Origin: Camelus ferus
Lineage: Eukaryota
Assembly: GCF_009834535.1 (NCBI RefSeq)
Contig: NC_045697.1
Location: 120,220,001-120,284,000 of the forward strand
Direction of reading: 5' to 3'
DNA length: 64,000 nucleotides
Part shown: one piece after another, positions 54,601-64,000 of the stretch
How positions within the stretch are numbered: the stretch's first letter is position 1
Layout of the letters: every line of letters begins with the position of its first letter
Program-made: the position numbers and the translations under genes
The notes under the pieces: generated by a model
Databases searched by the model: none
The model's input: only the letters and a program-made list of their open reading frames with translations
What the model was told of the DNA's origin: nothing

Positions 54601-55200
54601 TCCAGGCATTTTTTTTGGGATCCAGTTTATCCCAGGTTGGTAGATGTCGGCTACATTCCTGCACTGCCCATGTTGATGCATTGATTTCTTCTTCGTTTTC
54701 AAGCCTAACTCCCAACTATCCCTTGCATCCCGGTCTAGGATTATACCCAGGGATGACAGTCTAAGTGATTTTATCAGAGCTAAGATGCTGCTGTATTTTT
54801 TAGGAACTTCCAGAAACTTAGGATTCTGGATCACGTCTATGCTTGGGGGTAGATTTGGAGACCCACACCACAGAGATGGCTGAGGTCACAGGATTTTCCC
54901 TGTTAGGGATATGTCCGCTAATTACTTCCACAGTGCATCGCGGTTCACTCAATGCTACATGGCTTTCCAGCGCAAGCGCAGCATTCCCTCGCAGGCCGGC
55001 CTGGGAAAACAATCAGGGATAATAAGCCAGTGGTTCTATTGAAACCCAGGTGCTGCAGAACATTGTAGGATACTCCCCACACCCAGGAAAACAGAACACT
55101 TCTTCGTGTGACTCATGCAGTTTCGTAAAAAACTCCACGCGTGTTTCAGTGGTAAAGGTGTTGCTAGTTAGTGGGAGTTCGGGTAATTCCCTCCAGTTCC

Positions 55201-58200
55201 CATGGGGAGGCACTCGCTTCTGCTTGGATTTCCATCCCATCCCCCAGTTTCCCTTGTAACCCAGTCAGATTAAACAGTCAGGAAATTTAACTAAAGTTTC
55301 TATTGGAACCCAGGCGATGCTGACAGTTGTAGAAACTTCTCCATACACAGTTTAACAGAACACTTCTTTTTGTGTGTGATTGAGTAGGAAAACAGGGTCC
55401 ATGCATGTTTCTGGGGTGCCGGTGTAACCAGGCTGTGAGACGTTGGCTAAGTTACTCTCAAAGCCCATATGGGGGCACTCAGTTTTCTTCGTTTTCCAGC
55501 CCTACTCCCATTTTCCCTTGCAGCCCGGGTTGGAAAACACCCAGGGATGACAAACTAAGTGATTCTATCAGAACCCAGGCACTGCTGTCTGTTGGAGGAA
55601 CCTCCACACACACAGGATTAACAAACACGTCTTTGCTTTGGGGAATTTTGAAGCCCCACTCCACACACATGGCTGAGGGCACAAGTTTTTCCCTGTTAGG
55701 TAGAAGTCCGCTAATTATCTCTACACAAAATCGTGGGGCACTCGCTGCTACTTGGCTTTCCATCCCAACCCCCAGTATTCCCTTGCAGCCAGGCCTGATG
55801 AAACAAACATGGAAAAGAATATACTGGTGCTATTAGAACACATGCGCTGCTGACAATTGTGGAAATCTTCGAACACTCATGATAACAGAGCACATCTTTG
55901 TGTGTGATGGAGTAGTAAAACACACTCCAGGCATTTTTCTGGGGATCCAGTTTTTCCCAGGTTGGGACATGTCGGCTACAATCCTTCACTGCCCATGGCG
56001 ATGCATTGACTTCTTCTTCGTTTTCAAGCCCAACTCCCAACTTTCCCTTGCATCCCGGTCTAGGATTATACCCAGGGATGACAGTCTAATTGATTTTATC
56101 AGAGCTAATATGCTGCTGTATTTTTTAGGAACTTCCAGAAACTTAGGATTTTGGATCACGTCTATGTTTGTGGGTAGATTTGGAGACCCACACCACAGAG
56201 ATACCTGGGGGCACAGGATATTCCCTGTTAGGGAGATGTCCGCTAATTACCTCCACAGTGCATCTCGGGTCACTCGCTGCTACATGGCTTTCCAGCGCAA
56301 GCGCAGCATTCCCTCGCTCTCCGGCCTGGGAAAACAATCAGGGATAATAAGCCAGTGGTTCTATTGGAACCCAGGTGCTGAAGAACATTGTAGGATACTC
56401 CCCACACCCAGGAAAATAGAACACTTCTTTGTGTGTCCCATGAAATTTCGTAAAAATTCTCCACGCGTGATTCAGGGGTTAAAGTGTTGCTAGTTAGTGG
56501 GAGTTCGGGTAATTCCCTCCAATTCCCATGGGGAGGCACTCGCTTCTGCTTGGATTTCCATCCCATCCCCCATTTTCCCTTGTAACCCAGTCAGATTAAA
56601 CAGTCAGGAAATTTAACTAAAGTTTCTATTGGAACCCAGGCGATGCTGACAGTTGTAGAAACTTCTCCATACACAGTTTAACAGAACACTTCTTTTTGTG
56701 TGTGATTGAGTAGGAAAACAGGGTCCATGCATGTTTCTGGGGTGCCGGTGTAACCAGGCTGTGAGACGTTGGCTAAGTTACTCTCAAAGCCCATATGGGG
56801 GCACTCAGTTTTCTTCATTTTCCAGCCCTACTCCCATTTTCCCTTGCAGCCCGGGTTGGAAAACACCCAGGGATGACAAACTAAGTGATTCTATCAGAAC
56901 CCAGGCACTGCTGTCTGTTGGAGGAACCTCCACACACACAGGATTAACAAACACGTCTTTGCTTTGGGGAATTTTGAAGCCCCACTCCACACACATGGCT
57001 GAGGGCACAAGTTTTTCCCTGTTAGGTAGAAGCCCGCTAATTATCTCTACACAAAATCGTGGGGCACTCGCTGCTACTTGGCTTTCCATCCCAACCCCCA
57101 GTATTCCCTTGCAGCCAGGCCTGATGAAACAAACATGGAAAAGAATATACTGGTGCTATTAGAACACATGCGCTGCTGACAATTGTGGAAATCTTCGAAC
57201 ACTCATGATAACAGAGCACATCTTTGTGTGTGATGGAGTAGTAAAACACACTCCAGGCATTTTTCTGGGGATCCAGTTTTTCCCAGGTTGGGACATGTCG
57301 GCTACAATCCTTCACTGCCCATGGCGATGCATTGACTTCTTCTTCGTTTTCAAGCCCAACTCCCAACTTTCCCTTGCATCCCGGTCTAGGATTATACCCA
57401 GGGATGACAGTCTAATTGATTTTATCAGAGCTAATATGCTGCTGTATTTTTTAGGAACTTCCAGAAACTTAGGATTTTGGATCACGTCTATGTTTGTGGG
57501 TAGATTTGGAGACCCACACCACAGAGATACCTGGGGGCACAGGATATTCCCTGTTAGGGAGATGTCCGCTAATTACCTCCACAGTGCATCTCGGGTCACT
57601 CGCTGCTACATGGCTTTCCAGCGCAAGCGCAGCATTCCCTCGCTCTCCGGCCTGGGAAAACAATCAGGGATAATAAGCCAGTGGTTCTATTGGAACCCAG
57701 GTGCTGAAGAACATTGTAGGATACTCCCCACACCCAGGAAAATAGAACACTTCTTTGTGTGTCCCATGAAATTTCGTAAAAATTCTCCACGCGTGATTCA
57801 GGGGTTAAAGTGTTGCTAGTTAGTGGGAGTTCGGGTAATTCCCTCCAATTCCCATGGGGAGGCACTCGCTTCTGCTTGGATTTCCATCCCATCCCCCATT
57901 TTCCCTTGTAACCCAGTCAGATTAAACAGTCAGGAAATTTAACTAAAGTTTCTATTGGAACCCAGGCGATGCTGACAGTTGTAGAAACTTCTCCATACAC
58001 AGTTTAACAGAACACTTCTTTTTGTGTGTGATTGAGTAGGAAAACAGGGTCCATGCATGTTTCTGGGGTGCCGGTGTAACCAGGCTGTGAGACGTTGGCT
58101 AAGTTACTCTCAAAGCCCATATGGGGGCACTCAGTTTTCTTCGTTTTCCAGCCCTACTCCCATTTTCCCTTGCAGCCCGGGTTGGAAAACACCCAGGGAT

Positions 58201-60504
58201 GACAAACTAAGTGATTCTATCAGAACCCAGGCACTGCTGTCTGTTGGAGGAACCTCCACACACACAGGATTAACAAACACGTCTTTGCTTTGGGGAATTT
58301 TGAAGCCCCACTCCACACACATGGCTGAGGGCACAAGTTTTTCCCTGTTAGGTAGAAGTCCGCTAATTATCTCTACACAAAATCGTGGGGCACTCGCTGC
58401 TACTTGGCTTTCCATCCCAACCCCCAGTATTCCCTTGCAGCCAGGCCTGATGAAACAAACATGGAAAAGAATATACTGGTGCTATTAGAACACATGCGCT
58501 GCTGACAATTGTGGAAATCTTCGAACACTCATGATAACAGAGCACATCTTTGTGTGTGATGGAGTAGTAAAACACACTCCAGGCATTTTTCTGGGGATCC
58601 AGTTTTTCCCAGGTTGGGACATGTCGGCTACAATCCTTCACTGCCCATGGCGATGCATTGACTTCTTCTTCGTTTTCAAGCCCAACTCCCAACTTTCCCT
58701 TGCATCCCGGTCTAGGATTATACCCAGGGATGACAGTCTAATTGATTTTATCAGAGCTAATATGCTGCTGTATTTTTTAGGAACTTCCAGAAACTTAGGA
58801 TTTTGGATCACGTCTATGTTTGTGAGTAGATTTGGAGACCCACACCACAGAGATACCTGGGGGCACAGGATATTCCCTGTTAGGGAGATGTCCGCTAATT
58901 ACCTCCACAGTGCATCTCGGGTCACTCGCTGCTACATGGCTTTCCAGCGCAAGCGCAGCATTCCCTCGCTCTCCGGCCTGGGAAAACAATCAGGGATAAT
59001 AAGCCAGTGGTTCTATTGGAACCCAGGTGCTGAAGAACATTGTAGGATACTCCCCACACCCAGGAAAATAGAACACTTCTTTGTGTGTCCCATGAAATTT
59101 CGTAAAATTCTCCACGCGTGATTCAGGGGTTAAAGTGTTGCTAGTTAGTGGGAGTTCGGGTAATTCCCTCCAATTCCCATGGGGAGGCACTCGCTTCTGC
59201 TTGGATTTCCATCCCATCCCCCATTTTCCCTTGTAACCCAGTCAGATTAAACAGTCAGGAAATTTAACTAAAGTTTCTATTGGAACCCAGGCGATGCTGA
59301 CAGTTGTAGAAACTTCTCCATACACAGTTTAACAGAACACTTCTTTTTGTGTGTGATTGAGTAGGAAAACAGGGTCCATGCATGTTTCTGGGGTGCCGGT
59401 GTAACCAGGCTGTGAGACGTTGGCTAAGTTACTCTCAAAGCCCATATGGGGGCACTCAGTTTTCTTCGTTTTCCAGCCCTACTCCCATTTTCCCTTGCAG
59501 CCCGGGTTGGAAAACACCCAGGGATGACAAACTAAGTGATTCTATCAGAACCCAGGCACTGCTGTCTGTTGGAGGAACCTCCACACACACAGGATTAACA
59601 AACACGTCTTTGCTTTGGGGAATTTTGAAGCCCCACTCCACACACATGGCTGAGGGCACAAGTTTTTCCCTGTTAGGTAGAAGTCCGCTAATTATCTCTA
59701 CACAAAATCGTGGGGCACTCGCTGCTACTTGGCTTTCCATCCCAACCCCCAGTATTCCCTTGCAGCCAGGCCTGATGAAACAAACATGGAAAAGAATATA
59801 CTGGTGCTATTAGAACACATGCGCTGCTGACAATTGTGGAAATCTTCGAACACTCATGATAACAGAGCACATCTTTGTGTGTGATGGAGTAGTAAAACAC
59901 ACTCCAGGCATTTTTCTGGGGATCCAGTTTTTTCCCAGGTTGGGACATGTCGGCTACAATCCTTCACTGCCCATGGCGATGCATTGACTTCTTCTTCGTT
60001 TTCAAGCCCAACTCCCAACTTTCCCTTGCATCCCGGTCTAGGATTATACCCAGGGATGACAGTCTAATTGATTTTATCAGAGCTAATATGCTGCTGTATT
60101 TTTTAGGAACTTCCAGAAACTTAGGATTTTGGATCACGTCTATGTTTGTGAGTAGATTTGGAGACCCACACCACAGAGATACCTGGGGGCACAGGATATT
60201 CCCTGTTAGGGAGATGTCCGCTAATAACCTCCACAGTGCATCTCGGGTCACTCGCTGCTACATGGCTTTCCAGCGCAAGAGCAGCATTCCCTCGCTCTCC
60301 GGCCTGGGAAAACAATCAGGGATAATAAGCCAGTGGTTCTATTGGAACCCAGGTGCTGAAGAACATTGTAGGATACTCCCCACACCCAGGAAAATAGAAC
60401 ACTTCTTTGTGTGTCCCATGAAATTTCGTAAAAATTCTCCACGCGTGATTCAGGGGTTAAAGTGTTGCTAGTTAGTGGGAGTTCGGGTAATTCCCTCCAA
60501 TGCC
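55201..60504 (+). repeat. Near-identical 5-monomer HOR, 1,325-1,327 bp, 4 tandem copies
   Basis: catggggaggcactcgcttctgcttggatttccatccc starts at 55201, 56527, 57853 and 59178. An identical 143-aa ORF sits at 55405, 56731, 58057 and 59382. The array exits to a normal Z monomer at ~60505. Confidence 0.95.
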
Positions 60505-63500
60505 CATGGGGAGGCACTCGCTCCTGCTTGGCTTTCCAGCCCATCCCCCAGCTTTCCCTCTAAGCCTAGCCTGAGAAAACACTCAGGGATAATACGCTAT
60601 TGTTTGTATTGGAACCCAGGCGCTACCTACCGTTGTAGGCTTCTTCCCACATCTGGGATAACAGAAGAAAACTTTGTGTGTCTGATGGAGATGGTTAAAC
60701 AAATTCCACGCTTGTTTCAAGGGGCAAAAATGTTCCAAGGCTGTGGGACGTCGGAAAATAACCTCAAATTCTCATGGGGAGTATCTCACTGCTGCTACGA
60801 TATACAGCCAAACCCACAGTTTACCTCGCAACTAGGCGTGTGAAAACACTCACGGAAAGAAAATACTGGTGCTATTAGAACCCAGGCGCTGCTGATATTT
60901 GTAGAATCCTCCCCACACTCAGGATAGCAGAACACACCTTTGTGTGTGTGATGGTGGAGAAAAATACACTCCAGCCATATTTCTGGGGGTACAGCTGTTC
61001 CCAGGTTTGGAGATGTCGCCTCATTACCTCCACTGCCAATGGGGAGGCAATCTATACTTCTTTGCTTTGCAGACCTTTTCCCAAATTTCCCTTGCAGCCC
61101 GGCCTTTTAAAACACCTAGTGATGACAATATTAGTGATTCTATGAGAAACCCATCGCTGCTGCCTGTTGGAGGTACAACACAATCTGAAAATTCTGGAAC
61201 ATGGCTTTGCTTGGTGGAGGTGTGGAGACAAACACCACAAGATTACTGGGGGCATATTTCTCTCTCTCTGGGAGAATTCTGCTAATTACCTCTACAGTCA
61301 ATCTCTGGGCACTCGTTGCTACTTGGCTTTCCAGCCGAACCCCAAGCTTTCCCTCGCAGCCCGCCCTGGAAAACACTCAGAGATATTAAGTTAATGGTTC
61401 TATTGCAACTCAAGCACTGCAGACCGTTGTAGGAACCTCCGCACACGCAGGATAACAGGAAAAATTTTTTGTGTGTCATTCAGTTGGTAAAAGCTCCACG
61501 CATGTTTCAGGGTGTACTGGTGTTCCTAGGTTGTGGGAGGTCAGATACATCCCACAACAGCCCATGGGGTAGTAATTGCACCTGCTTGGCTTTCCAGCCC
61601 ATCCCCCAATTTCCTTTGCAACCCAGCCTGAGAGAACAATCAGGAAATGTAGCTAAAGTTTCTATCAGAGCCCCGGAGGTGCAGTCTGTTGTAGGAACTT
61701 CAACACACACAGGATTCCCAAACACGGCTTTGCTTGTAAGGGTTTTGAAGCACCAATCCACAAAAATGGCTGGGGGCCCAAGTTTTTCCCTGTTAGGGAG
61801 AAGTCCGCTAATTAGCTCTACAGTACTTCTCCGGCACCCGCTGCTATTTGGAATTCCAGCCCAACCCCCTTTTTTCCCTTGCAGCCAGGCCTGGGTTAAC
61901 ACAGATGGAAAAGAAGCTATTGGTGCTATTTGAACCCATGCCCTGCTGACAATTGTGGAAACTTTCGAACCCTCAGGATAACAGATCATATCTTTCTGTG
62001 TGTGAGGTAGTAGTAAAACACACTCCAGGCATGTTTTGGGGGTACAGCTTTTCCCAAGATGGGAGAAGTCACCTAATTACCTCCGCTTCCAAATGGGAGG
62101 CGCTCTATACTTGTTCGCTTTCCAGACCAACTCCCAGCTTTCCTTTGAATCCCGGCCTAAGGAAACACCTAGGGATGACAATATTAGCGATTCTATCAGA
62201 ACCCCCTCTCTGCAGACAGTTGGAGGTACAACACACAATCAAATTTCCGGAACATGGCTTTGCTTGGTGGAGGTATGGAGACAAACACCACAAGATGCCT
62301 GGGGGCACAGTTTCTCTCTGTCTGGAAGACCGCTCATTACCTCTACATTCAATCTTGGGCAATCCTGGCTAATTGGCTCTCCAGTCGAACCCCCAGTTTC
62401 CCTCGCAGCCCGCCCTGGAACACACTCAGATATTATAAGCTAGTGGTTCTATTGGAACCCAGGCACTGAAGACTCTTGTAGGAAGCTCCACACACGCAGG
62501 ATAACAGAACAATTATTTTGTGTATGAATGAGATGGTAAAAACTCCACGCATGTTTCAGTGGGTACAGGATTTCTTATGTTGGGGGATGTCAAATTATTC
62601 CCATTAATGTCCATGGGGAGGTAATCTCTCCTACTTGGATTTCCATCGCATCCCCCTGTTTCCCTTGCAACCCAGTCAGAGGAATCTGTCAGGAAATTTA
62701 GCTAAAATTTCTATTAAAACCCAGAAGCTGCTGAGAGTTGTAGAAAGTTCCCCATACACTGGGTAACAGAACACTTCTTTGTGTGTGCGATTGAGTAGGA
62801 AAACAGTCCATGCATGTTTCTGGGGTGCAGATTTAACCAGGATGTGAGACGTTGGCTAAGTATCTCCACAGCCCATGGGGAGGCACTCTGTTTTTCTTCG
62901 TTTTCCAGCCCTACTCCCAGATTTCCCTTGCAGCCCGGGTTAGGAAAACACCCAGGGATTACAAACTAAGTGATTCTATCAGAACCCCGGCGCTGCTGTC
63001 TGTTGGAGGAACCTCCACACACACAGAATTCCCAAACACTGCTTGGCTTGGAAGAAGTTTGAAGCCCCAATACACACACAAGCCTGGGGCTCAAGTTTTT
63101 CCCTGTTAGGGGGAAGTCTGCTAATTAGCTCCACTGTCCAGCTCGGGCACCATCTACTACTTGGAATTCCAGCCTAACCCCCATGTTTCCCATGCAGCCA
63201 GGCCTGGGTTAACACAGAGAGTAAAGAAGATATTGGTGCTATTCGAACCCATGCTCTGTTCACAATTGTGGAAAACTTCGAACACTCAGTATAACAGAAC
63301 ATATCTTTCTGTGTGTGAGGGTGTAGTAAAACACAATCCAGTCATTTTTCTGGGGATCCAGTTTTTCACAGGTTGGGAGATGTTGGCTAGTTTCCTTCAC
63401 TGCCCATGTTGATGCATTGACTTCTTCTTCGTTTTCAAGCCCAAATCCCAACATTCCCTTGCATCCCGATCTAGGATTTTACCCAGGGATGACAGTCTAA

Positions 63501-64000
63501 GTGATTTTATCAGAGCTACGATGCTGCTGTATTTTTTAGGAACTTCCAGAAACTTAGGATTCTGGATCACTTCTATGCTTGGGGGTAGATTTGGAGACCC
63601 ACACCACAGAGATGGCTTGGGGCACAGGTATTTCCCTGTTAGGGAGATGTCCGCTAATTACCTCCACAGTCCATCTCGGGTCACTCGCTGCAACATGGCT
63701 TTCCAGCGCAAGCGCAGCATTCCCTCGCAGGCCGGCCTGGAAAAACAATTAGGGATAATAAGCCAGTGGTTCTATTGGAACCCAGGTGCTGCAGAACATT
63801 GTAGGATACTCCCCACACACAGGAAAAGAGAACACTTCTTTGTGTGTCTCATGCATTTTGGTAAACAAACTCCACGCCTGTTTCAGGGGTTAAAGTTTTG
63901 CTAGTTAGTGGGAGTTCCCATAATTCCCACCAATGCCCATGGGGAGGCACTCGCCCCTGCTTGGATATCCAGCCCAACCCCCAGCTTTCCCTCTCAGCCC
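60505..64000 (+). repeat. 13-monomer-type unit (Z P1 Q1 R1 S1 T Q R S X2 T U2 V2), running off the window end
   Basis: Same monomer order as ~40096-43530; Z recurs at ~63920, about 3,432 bp after the Z start at ~60488. Confidence 0.7.

Larger units (their letters stand above)
1..64000 (+). repeat. Tandem satellite DNA array, ~265-bp diverged monomers, ~241 copies, single orientation (likely (peri)centromeric/heterochromatic satellite)
   Basis: The motif (c)taattacctc...cccatgggga(g)gcactc or a recognisable variant recurs at ~110, 378, 642, 905, 1168, 1433, 1698, 1963, 2228, 2494, 2762 and so on to ~63920, i.e. every ~265 bp. Approximate core: ctaattacctccacagcccatggggaggcactcgct..cttggatttccagcccaacccccagctttcccttgcagcccggcctgggaaaacactcaggga...ttctatt(a/g)gaacccaggcgctgctg...acactcaggataacagaacac..tttgtgtgt... 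No unique sequence or inversion seen. Chromosomal location is inference. Confidence 0.97.

Noticed and set aside
302..63904. Numerous 60-239 aa ORFs on both strands, including 29987-30706 (239 aa) and 55879-56493 (204 aa)
   Set aside because: They overlap in several frames, recur at the repeat periods, are broken by stops and frameshifts in paralogous copies, often start at non-ATG codons, and resemble no protein family I recognise. They are chance ORFs in satellite DNA.
1..64000. CRISPR-like or cassette (integron-like) array
   Set aside because: There are no unique spacers or cargo; the entire monomer is homologous between units, and there are no cas or integrase genes.
1..64000. Primate alpha satellite or another named satellite family
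   Set aside because: The monomer is ~265 bp rather than 171 bp and lacks alphoid motifs. No named family can be supported without a database search.
1..64000. Transposon insertion, inversion or unique-sequence island within the array
   Set aside because: The ~265-bp register and orientation are kept from start to end; I saw no poly-A tail, target-site duplication or foreign segment.

Overview
The whole 64 kb window is one uninterrupted, head-to-tail, single-orientation tandem satellite array, most likely from a vertebrate or other methylated eukaryote genome. It holds about 241 diverged monomers of ~265 bp. I found no credible protein-coding gene, RNA gene, transposon or CRISPR array; the ORFs in the track are chance products of the repeat and recur at the repeat periods. 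The notable feature is a nested higher-order-repeat (HOR) architecture readable by eye: ~265-bp monomer -> three monomer classes (A/B/C, ~795-bp trimer) -> 11-mer (~2.91 kb) -> deletion/fusion derivatives (5-, 9-, 10-, 13-, 19-mers) -> recent amplifications. The recent amplifications are a near-identical 24-mer (6.35 kb, ~2.4 copies, ~9.8-25.2 kb), a 49-mer/44-mer duplication (~30.0-54.6 kb) and a near-identical 5-mer (1,326 bp, 4 copies, 55.2-60.5 kb). I cannot assign the satellite to a named family or species from the sequence alone. Monomer letters (P,Q,R,S,T,U,V,W,X,Y,Z) are my own labels, coordinates of monomer boundaries are approximate, and statements about similarity are by-eye comparisons, not computed alignments.
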